From a virus (taxonomy: Duplodnaviria; Caudoviricetes): DNA of 44,704 bases. Location of the stretch: positions 1-44,704 of IMG/VR virus record IMGVR_UViG_3300020044_007468; one strand, 5' to 3'. The translations under genes and the position numbers were made by a program. This document shows positions 1-8,088 of this stretch, piece after piece. The notes beneath the pieces were generated by a model that saw only the letters and a program-made list of their open reading frames with translations, searched no databases and was not told the origin of the DNA. How positions within the stretch are numbered: position 1 is the stretch's first letter; the number at the start of each line of letters is the position of its first letter.

Positions 1-1
1 T

Positions 2-214
2 TTATTTTAAGTAATCAATTCCCAAACATTGACAAATAAGTACATATTGCCTCATAACAAGCCAAAATTTACCGTTCTCCATTCTGTTGATAGTGCCTAC
101 CGTTAGTCCGCAAATGTCGGCTACTTCCTTTTGGCTCATGCCTAATCCTTGCCTTGCTGTCTTTAATCTTTTAGCGATTTTTGTACGCTCTTTGTTGAGT
201 TGTGCTTCTGTCAT
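2..214 (-). CDS. XRE/Cro-CI family helix-turn-helix transcriptional regulator
   Basis: RLKTARQGLGMSQKEVADICGLTVGTINRMENG is a typical HTH_3 pattern. Confidence 0.85.
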   Translation of the reverse strand: MTEAQLNKERTKIAKRLKTARQGLGMSQKEVADICGLTVGTINRMENGKFWLVMRQYVLICQCLGIDYLK

Positions 215-384
215 TATCTATGATTATAATTAGTGATTAATATTGAATCTCGTGTGCTTGTGTGAGGTGCTGAATCTTTGCGAATGTCTGATGTTGTGTC
301 GCAGTGGATAGCTAGTAATAACACAGCTACAATTAGTAATACTATTTCAGTATTTAGCCAGATGAATTTCATTAGTTTGTGCAT
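214..384 (-). CDS. 56-aa lipoprotein-like small protein (missed by ORF track), paralog of 6108-6275
   Basis: Manual translation MHKLMKFIWLNTEIVLLIVAVLLLAIHCDTTSDIRKDSAPHTSTRDSILITNYNHR; hydrophobic stretch ending in Cys; stop overlaps the HTH start. Confidence 0.7.
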   Translation of the reverse strand: MHKLMKFIWLNTEIVLLIVAVLLLAIHCDTTSDIRKDSAPHTSTRDSILITNYNHR

Positions 385-409
385 GATGGTTGTGATTTGG
401 ATTTTAATA

Positions 410-595
410 TTATACTAAATTATATCTCTTTTCTACTAAAGCTACTTGTTGAACTGAACCAGCTTGAGTAATATAATCTAATATTTTTGATTTGATTCCT
501 AAGCTATCTGCTTTCTTGATTGCTTCTATTTTTGCTCTACCTAATACTGTTTGAGAAGTTATTAAATTTCTACCTCTTGAATTTCTAGTTGCCAT
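410..595 (-). CDS. hypothetical basic protein
   Basis: ATG ORF with A-rich leader and own upstream promoter. Confidence 0.65.
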   Translation of the reverse strand: MATRNSRGRNLITSQTVLGRAKIEAIKKADSLGIKSKILDYITQAGSVQQVALVEKRYNLV

Positions 596-614
596 TTCGT
601 TTTGTTTTAGAATA

Positions 615-647
615 CAAATATACTATCAAACTTCGCACATAAACAAA
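615..647 (-). promoter_or_regulatory. Bacteroidota sigma-70 promoter (TTTG-N21-TATATTTG)
   Basis: Plus-strand caaatata at 615-622 and caaa at 644-647. Confidence 0.6.
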
Positions 648-684
648 TCTTTTTGCATTTATTTTGAAAATAAATTTTTTGCAT

Positions 685-713
685 AAAAAAAACTCGATGT
701 AGAAACACCGAGC
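685..713 (-). terminator. Rho-independent terminator after endolysin
   Basis: Minus-strand CTCGGTGT-ttct-ACATCGAG followed by T8. Confidence 0.75.
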
Positions 714-739
714 CTATACCTATATATATGAAAAGTTCT

Positions 740-1243
740 TTAAAGGTTCACATATTGTGTACCACTTATGAAGTCTTTATTTTTATATTTAACCAACAAG
801 TCTTTCCAACTTGATTCTTTCACTTTTGTAAGGTGTGGGAAATCCCCAAATGTATTACCCCAATACCACCCTGCTTTTACAAATGTTTGTACTACCTCAA
901 TCCAATCTGCTTGATTATCGTTATCCATATCTTTTTTCATATCCCAACTAATTTCATTGCCATTAATTAGTAATGCAAAATCAATAGCAACACCATAGTT
1001 ATGATTGCTTTGACCGCCCCTTGCACGACTTACACGAGGACGTTTCAAAAATAGTGCATCTTGTTCGGCAAAACTTCTAAACCCTTGTACTATGCGCATC
1101 TGTACATTAGGTGCTAGTTTTGCGTTTGCTTCCGCCACTAATCGCTTTACTTCTTCTCTTATTGTTGGATGTAGTAATGCTATTCTATTTTGCGTTGCAA
1201 GGTCTATTTTAACATTTGCTGTTTGTAATGGTTCTGTTGGCAT
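740..1243 (-). CDS. endolysin, peptidase M15 family (L-Ala-D-Glu peptidase-like)
   Basis: GFRSFAEQDALF, SNHNYGVAIDF and WGNTFGDFPHL match the M15 zinc-ligand motifs. Confidence 0.9.
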   Translation of the reverse strand: MPTEPLQTANVKIDLATQNRIALLHPTIREEVKRLVAEANAKLAPNVQMRIVQGFRSFAEQDALFLKRPRVSRARGGQSNHNYGVAIDFALLINGNEISWDMKKDMDNDNQADWIEVVQTFVKAGWYWGNTFGDFPHLTKVKESSWKDLLVKYKNKDFISGTQYVNL

Positions 1244-1244
1244 A

Positions 1245-1418
1245 TTATTCCTTTATTGTTTGGTCAATAGTTCTTTCAATTTCATACTCATTAATTACAA
1301 ATTGATTATTGTTTTTCGGATTAAGGAGTTCAATCTTTCTGATAGTCTTATGCTCAAATCTTCGTTTCACAATCATTCGGATTCCCATGTAATTTATATA
1401 TTCTTCACCTTGTTTCAT
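1245..1418 (-). CDS. 57-aa hypothetical protein in lysis region (missed by track)
   Basis: MKQGEEYINYMGIRMIVKRRFEHKTIRKIELLNPKNNNQFVINEYEIERTIDQTIKE; ATGA overlap with upstream gene. Confidence 0.65.
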   Translation of the reverse strand: MKQGEEYINYMGIRMIVKRRFEHKTIRKIELLNPKNNNQFVINEYEIERTIDQTIKE

Positions 1419-1591
1419 GGCTTGTTAATTTTTATAAATGGCAATACGATTTTTACAACTTTGGCTAAGTATCTAAAGTACTTTCCAGATTTGGTTTTAG
1501 GTTCAGTACTAATATACTTCTCCAATATGTGTACAGCCTCAATTTTGGCTACTTCTTTTACCTCTTTGGGTATTTTGTTGATTATGCTCAT
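1415..1591 (-). CDS. 58-aa hypothetical protein in lysis region (missed by track)
   Basis: MSIINKIPKEVKEVAKIEAVHILEKYISTEPKTKSGKYFRYLAKVVKIVLPFIKINKP; ATGA overlaps at both ends. Confidence 0.65.
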   Translation of the reverse strand: MSIINKIPKEVKEVAKIEAVHILEKYISTEPKTKSGKYFRYLAKVVKIVLPFIKINKP

Positions 1592-1848
1592 ATTGGGTGA
1601 TTTGGGGATTGCGTTTGCTTATCTTGTACAATATAATCTTCGCCATTGGCAAGAATAGCACCTAAAGTTTCCATTCCAGAAACAAGCCATGCTGCAATAA
1701 GTGTAACGTCCTTGTCACTTACACCAAATCTTTGTAATGTTGACGAGAATAAAGCCGTTGCGAATAGCCCGTAAACTATTTTCTTAGTAATTCTGTACCA
1801 TCTAGGGGCTGGTCTACCAATATTCTTAGTACCGATTGTTGTTGCCAT
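1588..1848 (-). CDS. putative holin (two hydrophobic segments)
   Basis: Basic N-terminus, two TM-like stretches, upstream of endolysin. Confidence 0.55.
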   Translation of the reverse strand: MATTIGTKNIGRPAPRWYRITKKIVYGLFATALFSSTLQRFGVSDKDVTLIAAWLVSGMETLGAILANGEDYIVQDKQTQSPNHPI

Positions 1849-1859
1849 TTTTTTGTTTT

Positions 1860-2147
1860 TTATGAATAAATAAAATGCTCGTTCTCGTATTTCAAAGTCT
1901 TGGTTTTATCAAAAATCATATTATAAAAATGTGGCTTTTGATTACTATTAAATGACATATCTATTTCTGCTGTAATCTTACCAAATGCCGCCCGTTCCAA
2001 CGCCCTTATCTGTTCAGTTTTGGCAGCTTTATCTTCAAGCAATATTTTTATGTCCGATTTAATTTCTGTTAAGGTAGTTGATATAAACCACCCGAAACAA
2101 GTAAGCACAATGCCTATGATATATTTGAACGCATCTATTAATTTCAT
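1860..2147 (-). CDS. membrane-anchored coiled-coil protein (holin/spanin-like lysis accessory)
   Basis: N-terminal TM YIIGIVLTCFGWFI then heptad-like LTEIKSDIKILLE. Confidence 0.5.
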   Translation of the reverse strand: MKLIDAFKYIIGIVLTCFGWFISTTLTEIKSDIKILLEDKAAKTEQIRALERAAFGKITAEIDMSFNSNQKPHFYNMIFDKTKTLKYENEHFIYS

Positions 2148-2161
2148 GTAGTATCTAAAAT

Positions 2162-2446
2162 TTAATCTTTACAATGTAAACCTCCTACTTCCCAATATTT
2201 TTTGTAGTGGGTTAAATTCCTTTTTTCACTTTGTTTTATTCGTTTCTCCTTCTTGTTATTACTCTGTTTAATTAGCATTCGTAGCGTACAAGTCGGGAAC
2301 ACTTCGCCTATTTGAGTAAAAGTAAACCTATTTGCTCTCATCCGTTTTATTAGTTCGATTTGGCAAGGTAGTAATTTGCCTCTTCTATCTAAGAATGGGT
2401 CGCCATTTACTTTAATCCTGACTTCCTTCTCTCTTTTTACTTTCAC
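2162..2446 (-). CDS. putative HTH DNA-binding protein
   Basis: KLLPCQIELIKRMRANRFTFTQIGEVF resembles an HTH; basic. Confidence 0.45.
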   Translation of the reverse strand: MKVKREKEVRIKVNGDPFLDRRGKLLPCQIELIKRMRANRFTFTQIGEVFPTCTLRMLIKQSNNKKEKRIKQSEKRNLTHYKKYWEVGGLHCKD

Positions 2447-2768
2447 GTTCAGCTAGTTTTTTCTTATTTCTAACTACATAAGGTCTGTATTTGTACGTTG
2501 ATTTGTACACCTTGTTGTGGTAGAAATCTATTGCTTTTTTCAAAGTTAATTCAATACGCCATTTGTAAAGCTCCTTCATTGGTAACACTCCAATCTTTTG
2601 CGGTAATTGGGTTACTAGAATCCTATCACCCTTCATTGTAATTTGTGCAAGTGGAATTTCACCTGCTACTAATCCTTCAATGAACATGATTTTGGATAAT
2701 GGGTTTCTGTTACTTGTGTCGTGGTTGTCTTCATCTTGTTTTAACTCTTCAAATTCTCGTTGTGTCAT
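2412..2768 (-). CDS. hypothetical protein
   Basis: ATG ORF with AAATTAAATCAAATG leader. Confidence 0.65.
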   Translation of the reverse strand: MTQREFEELKQDEDNHDTSNRNPLSKIMFIEGLVAGEIPLAQITMKGDRILVTQLPQKIGVLPMKELYKWRIELTLKKAIDFYHNKVYKSTYKYRPYVVRNKKKLAERESKKREGSQD

Positions 2769-2831
2769 TTGATTTAATTTAATTTGCTGTAAAAATAGAA
2801 ATAAATTTCAAAAGTTGTAGAGTTTTCTTAT

Positions 2832-2865
2832 AAAACAAAACCCTTACACATTGAGCGTAAGGGTT
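2832..2865 (-). terminator. Rho-independent terminator after nucleotidyltransferase
   Basis: AACCCTTAC-N9-GTAAGGGTT stem followed on minus strand by TTGTTTT. Confidence 0.75.
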
Positions 2866-2898
2866 GAGTTGTGAATTATGGGTTACATATTAGGGATA

Positions 2899-3825
2899 CT
2901 AATCCCCATCGGTCGAGTTAAATACTCTATCTATAAGCGTATTGAAATAATTTGCCGAAAGTTTAAAATCCTTATCGCTATCCATTTTATTCCTAAGTGC
3001 TGTAATTATTAAATCGAAATAAGCAACATCTACACCAATTAGTTGCTCTTCTAATACATCGGGATTGGTTAAATCAAGTTGGGATATTTGAAACATAATT
3101 TTAAGTAATTCACCAGCATTAATATTAAATCCTCGTTTAATAAATTTCTTCGCCCTAATAATTGAAGTTACGGGATAATAACTACCTTGATACTTTAATT
3201 GCTTAGTAAGGATACTTTCAACCGCTTCTAAATTTCTAACTAATCCTTCTTTAAACGTAAAATAATTCGTTGCATGAATAAAATCAAATGTTTTATGTAT
3301 TTGTTCGGGAGTTCCCCAAAATCTCAATACTATTTGTAGGTCGTGGGATAAGGAAATTGCATTAGGGGATAAATAAATCGGAGTGTAGTTAAGTTTATCT
3401 TGCTCAATCCCATCATTCACTTTCATTCCACCACTAGCCCCATTAAAATACAATTTTATTTGGTTTTCCTTTAGGTTTCTTAAGCTAATAGCATAAGAGT
3501 TATTCCTATCTATTGGTAATTTGCCGTCATCTACGTCATTTTCATTGTTGTACTTGTCAACTAATTTTTGCTTTTCTCTTCCGTCAAAAATTACAACGTC
3601 TTGGAAAGTTTGCGTGTAGTAGTTCGCCAATCTTTTACATACACCAATATCCATTAGATAGATGTCATAGTCATTAACGGGTTCGTTCAATAGCATTGAA
3701 GTGATACTGCCCCCACTAACTAATAAATGTTCCTTTACATCTTCGGCTAATTTCCTATCTGTAATTGTTTCTAACCATTCCTCTAATTTAGATTGAATGT
3801 TTTTCTTGATTGTTTTTACTTGCAT
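2899..3825 (-). CDS. putative nucleotidyltransferase (Pol-beta superfamily, CCA/poly(A) polymerase head-like)
   Basis: LLVSGGSITSMLLNEPVNDYDIY (GG...DxD motif) and later FDFIH. Confidence 0.65.
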   Translation of the reverse strand: MQVKTIKKNIQSKLEEWLETITDRKLAEDVKEHLLVSGGSITSMLLNEPVNDYDIYLMDIGVCKRLANYYTQTFQDVVIFDGREKQKLVDKYNNENDVDDGKLPIDRNNSYAISLRNLKENQIKLYFNGASGGMKVNDGIEQDKLNYTPIYLSPNAISLSHDLQIVLRFWGTPEQIHKTFDFIHATNYFTFKEGLVRNLEAVESILTKQLKYQGSYYPVTSIIRAKKFIKRGFNINAGELLKIMFQISQLDLTNPDVLEEQLIGVDVAYFDLIITALRNKMDSDKDFKLSANYFNTLIDRVFNSTDGD

Positions 3826-3858
3826 TTTTTTTTTGTTTTAATTGGTTAATTTTTTGTT

Positions 3859-4089
3859 TTAATATTTACATTTTGTTTTTGAATTTGATTTACTTGCTTG
3901 TTTGACAATCTCAACCTTTGATTCGGGATGATGTCGGAATAATCGGATAAACTTTTCAGCCTCCCAAATTCGCATATTACGTTTTAAAACTTGCTTAACC
4001 CCGTTTCTATGGTAGGTTTTTACAACCATGTAGAAATCATTTGAGCGAATTAATTTACCGTCAACTATGTTTAGGAGTTGGGAGTACAT
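3859..4089 (-). CDS. hypothetical protein
   Basis: ORF in tightly packed minus-strand array. Confidence 0.55.
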   Translation of the reverse strand: MYSQLLNIVDGKLIRSNDFYMVVKTYHRNGVKQVLKRNMRIWEAEKFIRLFRHHPESKVEIVKQASKSNSKTKCKY

Positions 4090-4535
4090 GGCATTGAATT
4101 ATAACTAGTTCCATCGTTATGCGTTATAGTAATTCCCTTTATTACAGCACCGTCTTTATTAACCTCAAATTTTATTGGTAGAAAGTCTTTAAGTGGGTCA
4201 TTATGATTCTTCACCACCTCGTTAATCTTTCCCTTTAGCACATCATAATCATCTACTAGCACTCGTACAGATATAACTTTGGTCGGTGCTTTTTTCGGTT
4301 GCCCTGCGCCTGGTCTTTTACCTCCATGTTGACTACCTCTATTATCTCTATTTTTTGCAATCAATTCTTTATCTAATGAAGTTAGATGTTTGCCACTATC
4401 GCTAAATTCTACCCAACAATAGGCAGAGCAGAACCCCTCTGTGTAAGGTGTTGAATATTTGCCATAAATCCTTTTTACATCTTTAGATAAGACTGTGCAT
4501 TGGCAATTCCTACAAATTATTGTCTTCTCCATCAT
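4071..4535 (-). CDS. putative DNA-binding protein with N-terminal Cys (zinc) motif
   Basis: CRNC...FCSAYC and HGGKRPGAGQPKKAPTKVISVRV, a motif typically preceding ribbon-helix-helix domains. Confidence 0.55.
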   Translation of the reverse strand: MMEKTIICRNCQCTVLSKDVKRIYGKYSTPYTEGFCSAYCWVEFSDSGKHLTSLDKELIAKNRDNRGSQHGGKRPGAGQPKKAPTKVISVRVLVDDYDVLKGKINEVVKNHNDPLKDFLPIKFEVNKDGAVIKGITITHNDGTSYNSMPCTPNS

Positions 4536-4753
4536 CCTTCAATAAAAACTTTAAGTGAATATAATAGAAAGTAAATAATGTAGAATACCATAATAAAGGT
4601 AAATAGTAGCCACCAATCAAATTGCTTTTTAAATACGGTATGGTCTACGAAAATCGGGTCGTTTGGCTTATCAAGGTCAATTAGTCGCTTACAAGCGTAG
4701 ATAATTGCTATTACTACAAAGATTATTAGGTGTATTAGGTTGCGTTGTTCCAT
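4532..4753 (-). CDS. small membrane protein (2 TM)
   Basis: Two hydrophobic segments. Confidence 0.6.
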   Translation of the reverse strand: MEQRNLIHLIIFVVIAIIYACKRLIDLDKPNDPIFVDHTVFKKQFDWWLLFTFIMVFYIIYFLLYSLKVFIEG

Positions 4754-4754
4754 T

Positions 4755-4934
4755 TTATCTTAATTTTTTATCGAGTGATACATTAATAATTTTAGCACAT
4801 AAATTTACCAACTTTTCAGCGTATTCCCTTTCGGATTCTGAAAGTTCATCAAGTTCTTTGTCTTGGAGTTCGTGGTAACAATCGTTTAAATCGTGGTATG
4901 TATTAATGAACATACAGTGTGACATATTGGACAT
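4755..4934 (-). CDS. conserved phage hypothetical protein (MSNMSxCxFxNT type); start moved from the GTG at 5039
   Basis: MSNMSHCMFINTYHDLNDC with ACCATG start context. Confidence 0.65.
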   Translation of the reverse strand: MSNMSHCMFINTYHDLNDCYHELQDKELDELSESEREYAEKLVNLCAKIINVSLDKKLR

Positions 4935-5045
4935 GGTAGTTTTATTTCTAGGTTTATATTTACGTCTATTAATCCCCTTGTAGCTTATTTCTAGCTGTTT
5001 ATTTAGGGTTGAATCGGTTTGGTGAATGGAATGGGTCACTAGTTG

Positions 5046-5234
5046 TTAATCGTTTATGATTTCTCTATTTACTATTACAATAAAGTTTCCTACCTTTTCG
5101 CCTCCTATGCAGTAGCTACCTTCGGGAGTATAAATGTATTGTCTAAATTTTTCCTTAGTTGTATTCACTAATTGCCATTCATTCTTATTCTCAAACATGA
5201 AATCTATTATTGCTTTTTTTAATTCTGTGTGCAT
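5046..5234 (-). CDS. hypothetical early protein
   Basis: ATG ORF, ACCATG context. Confidence 0.65.
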   Translation of the reverse strand: MHTELKKAIIDFMFENKNEWQLVNTTKEKFRQYIYTPEGSYCIGGEKVGNFIVIVNREIIND

Positions 5235-5239
5235 GGTAT

Positions 5240-5398
5240 TTATTTTATTTCTTTTCTATATTTACTTATTGCTTCGGTCATAGAATAGCCTATATACTTA
5301 ATTCCATCTATGTTAATTGTTCCGTTTTGGTATTGGTAAGCATATACGCCTACTCTTACTTTTTTGCTCTTTATTGGGGTGCTAAATAAATCGGTCAT
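5240..5398 (-). CDS. hypothetical early protein (start MTDLFS)
   Basis: Start at 5398 removes overlap with the upstream gene; ACCATG context. Confidence 0.6.
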   Translation of the reverse strand: MTDLFSTPIKSKKVRVGVYAYQYQNGTINIDGIKYIGYSMTEAISKYRKEIK

Positions 5399-5403
5399 GG
5401 TAT

Positions 5404-5673
5404 TTAGTTTAGTATTTGTTCGGTTATATCTGTTGACCATACGATACTTACTTCATGCCCACTATCATCATTAAAATAGGCTTCTTCTAAGTAAAATATT
5501 TCGTCTTCCTTTTCTAGTGGTTCATCAAATTTTAGGCTTACAATTTCGATAAATAATTTCTCCGCTTGTTCTACAACGATTTGTTTTTCTTCTTCATTGC
5601 CTCCCGTTATTGTAAAGCTATGAATGCTGTATATTGTACCGTCTATTAGTTGGATTACGTTTATTATTTGCAT
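5404..5673 (-). CDS. acidic hypothetical early protein
   Basis: D/E-rich 89-aa ORF. Confidence 0.65.
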   Translation of the reverse strand: MQIINVIQLIDGTIYSIHSFTITGGNEEEKQIVVEQAEKLFIEIVSLKFDEPLEKEDEIFYLEEAYFNDDSGHEVSIVWSTDITEQILN

Positions 5674-5684
5674 GGTGGTTTAGT

Positions 5685-5912
5685 TTAGTGTGTTGCGTTA
5701 TTATCAAATATCAAGTCTATAAATTCACTACTATGGAATCCTTTTGCTTTGGTCTTGAAAAATTCATGTAGATATATTTTTGCGTCTTCTGCATCATAGT
5801 CCAAATCACTTTTTTTAGCTATTTCTGGGTTGATAATTGCTAGAATACAATCCAAAACATCAGAATCTATTTCTATTGTATGTATTTTATATTTTGGGGT
5901 AAAGTCTATCAT
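5685..5912 (-). CDS. hypothetical early protein
   Basis: Packed ATG ORF. Confidence 0.6.
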   Translation of the reverse strand: MIDFTPKYKIHTIEIDSDVLDCILAIINPEIAKKSDLDYDAEDAKIYLHEFFKTKAKGFHSSEFIDLIFDNNATH

Positions 5913-5916
5913 GTGC

Positions 5917-6111
5917 TTAATGTTTCCATTCGTCTTTTACCCATTGAGGCAATGATTCTCTATATGCAACATATTGCCCTTGTCTTATCAGCCTATCAAT
6001 GTAGTAAGGTGCTAAAGAAATTTTATTATTGTCTATCATTTGCTTTGCTTGTAGGTAATTGAAATTTAAAAAGATGTTAGCTTTCAAATTTATTTTGTCG
6101 TGGATATTCAT
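5917..6111 (-). CDS. hypothetical early protein
   Basis: Packed ATG ORF, ATGA coupled to upstream gene. Confidence 0.6.
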   Translation of the reverse strand: MNIHDKINLKANIFLNFNYLQAKQMIDNNKISLAPYYIDRLIRQGQYVAYRESLPQWVKDEWKH

Positions 6112-6275
6112 TGGTGGTTGCTTTCATAGTTAGCTAAGATAATCGAATCGTGTTTACTTAATGGCTGTACCTCGTCTTGATTTACAACATTTTGCGTATC
6201 GCATAGAACACACAAGGCAATTGCAATGGCTATAAGTATCAAGGTTTGTAGTGGGGTGTTGGTTCGTAGGTTCAT
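6108..6275 (-). CDS. 55-aa lipoprotein-like small protein (missed by track), paralog of 214-384
   Basis: MNLRTNTPLQTLILIAIAIALCVLCDTQNVVNQDEVQPLSKHDSIILANYESNHQ. Confidence 0.7.
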   Translation of the reverse strand: MNLRTNTPLQTLILIAIAIALCVLCDTQNVVNQDEVQPLSKHDSIILANYESNHQ

Positions 6276-6294
6276 AGTCTTAAATTAGTTTGTT

Positions 6295-6747
6295 TTAAAT
6301 AGTTTCAATCCAACCTTTTATCTCGTGTCGTTCCATATAGTCCTCCGCCTCTTCTTCTGAATCAAATATCTTTGCATTTTGAGAATCAATTATGCCATAA
6401 TCTGAATCATTTTCGGCTACATATCTTGTACCGTTTGCGCCTCCATCAAATGCAATTATGTATTCGTCTATACTTACTTCATCTATCGAAGCGGTGCAGG
6501 CATCTAGGTTTAATCTTCCACATTTTTCAATGTCATCCAATGCCTCTGTTAATTCTTTAGATTCGTATTCATAATAGTTTTCGGCTCGTTCAATTAAATA
6601 CTTCTTAGCCTCGTCTTCTGTGTCAAAATCTTGATGTGCTGTAAAACAACCGTTCCCATGTTTTTTAATTGGCATACCAAAATTTGAAATAGATTGATAT
6701 TGATAAGCTGTTGGAACTTTTGCGGATATTCTAAATGTCGTTTTCAT
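6295..6747 (-). CDS. acidic hypothetical early protein
   Basis: 150-aa ORF with two FD(T/S)E(D/E)EA motifs; flanked by a 14-bp direct repeat. Confidence 0.7.
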   Translation of the reverse strand: MKTTFRISAKVPTAYQYQSISNFGMPIKKHGNGCFTAHQDFDTEDEAKKYLIERAENYYEYESKELTEALDDIEKCGRLNLDACTASIDEVSIDEYIIAFDGGANGTRYVAENDSDYGIIDSQNAKIFDSEEEAEDYMERHEIKGWIETI

Positions 6748-6788
6748 ATTGGTATTTTTAAAATTAGTTTGTTTGGGTTATAGTGGGT

Positions 6789-7076
6789 TTAGTTTTGCAT
6801 TCCACTTGCAAAAAATTGATAGTACCCTTTGTCGGTTATAATTGTAGTTTTGAAGTTTTTGTGTGCTATTAGGCGAATTACTTTTAAATTCTTAGCCTTA
6901 TCCATTTCCACGTCTTTTGATAGTCTAGTCGGGCTTCCTTGTTTTGGGATTGATTTGTCGCACCAGCTAACGAAAGGGTATTGTTTAAGGACTGAAAATA
7001 GAACTATATTACCATACAAATCAATGTACTTCATTACTTCCTTTGCTCTGTTCTGAATAGATTGAACCTTTACCAT
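6789..7076 (-). CDS. hypothetical early protein
   Basis: Packed ATG ORF. Confidence 0.6.
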   Translation of the reverse strand: MVKVQSIQNRAKEVMKYIDLYGNIVLFSVLKQYPFVSWCDKSIPKQGSPTRLSKDVEMDKAKNLKVIRLIAHKNFKTTIITDKGYYQFFASGMQN

Positions 7077-7078
7077 GA

Positions 7079-7504
7079 TTAAAACAAATTTACACGAATA
7101 GCAAAAGGGAGCGACAAACGAAACATTTTAACGTCTTGAATGGCTTTGTAAAATTGCACCATCAAGGGGAAGCGTTCAACCGTTGTATAATGGCGCAAAT
7201 TAGCCAATTTAAGCAAGTTTTTTGCCTTCTGCACATTGATTTGCATTTGGGTATAAACTGCCTTTGTGGCGTCTATTGTAATTCCTACCATCTTGCGAAG
7301 GTTTGCACCTACTTTTTGCAGTAGTTGGAATGCTTTAAGTTTTATTTTACTTGCAAATTTTTGCACCATTGTCTTGCGCTTAGTCTTCACCGTTGAAGCG
7401 TGAAAGGTTACACGTTTGCCTCGTTTGGTTGGGATTAGATTAATGTAGCCTACTATTTTAATGGCTAATTTTGGTGCTGGTATTCTTAATGCTTCGTTTT
7501 TCAT
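7079..7504 (-). CDS. basic hypothetical early protein
   Basis: K/R-rich 141-aa ORF. Confidence 0.65.
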   Translation of the reverse strand: MKNEALRIPAPKLAIKIVGYINLIPTKRGKRVTFHASTVKTKRKTMVQKFASKIKLKAFQLLQKVGANLRKMVGITIDATKAVYTQMQINVQKAKNLLKLANLRHYTTVERFPLMVQFYKAIQDVKMFRLSLPFAIRVNLF

Positions 7505-7552
7505 ATAGGTTTTTATTTATTTGATTAAATTGTAGTTGATTAGTGTATGCGC

Positions 7553-8008
7553 TTATATTAGTCCTTCATCACTAAAGGAAAAATACTCGTTGTTTATTCC
7601 GCTTAGTATAATATGGTCTATCATTTTAACGTCTAGTATTATTCCGCTTTCTTTTACTTTCTGTGTTAGCTTTCTATCAGCGTCTGAAGGTTATATTTCG
7701 CCCGTTGGGTGGTTGTGGCACATGGCAAAGCAAGTGCAACCGCTTAACAGTAGATGAGAAAAAATAATCCTTGTATCTACAACCGTTGAAGTACAACCGC
7801 CCGAAGATATATGAGCAAATATTTTTACCTTGTTGACATTATTCATGCCTATAATTACGAAATGCTCTTGGTAGGCAATGTCAATATTTGCGCTTTCAAT
7901 TAATGCTCTTAACTGCTTATTCATGTCGCTACTAGATAGTATTTTTTCTCCGTAAAATTGTGTAGGCTCTTGAACTAGTTTTAATTTTTGGGTTTGTATC
8001 GTTTTCAT
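7553..8008 (-). pseudogene. radC: RadC-like JAB/MPN domain gene with in-frame TAA at 7691-7693
   Basis: Reads HNHPTGEI*PSDADRKLTQKVKESGIILDVKMIDHIILSGINNEYFSFSDEGLI; both halves of the RadC signature are in one frame. Confidence 0.85.
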
Positions 8009-8046
8009 ATATTTATTTTTTTTGGGTTATTGGATTAGTTTAAAAA

Positions 8047-8078
8047 TACTAAGGGTTTGAATGTTCGCACCCTTAGTA
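8047..8078. other. intergenic 10-bp perfect hairpin
   Basis: TACTAAGGGT-N12-ACCCTTAGTA; T-run follows on minus strand, so possibly a terminator. Confidence 0.6.
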
Positions 8079-8088
8079 AGTGGGTTGG

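Noticed and set aside
1092-1658. 188-aa plus-strand ORF
   Set aside because: Antisense shadow of the endolysin and two small coupled minus-strand genes
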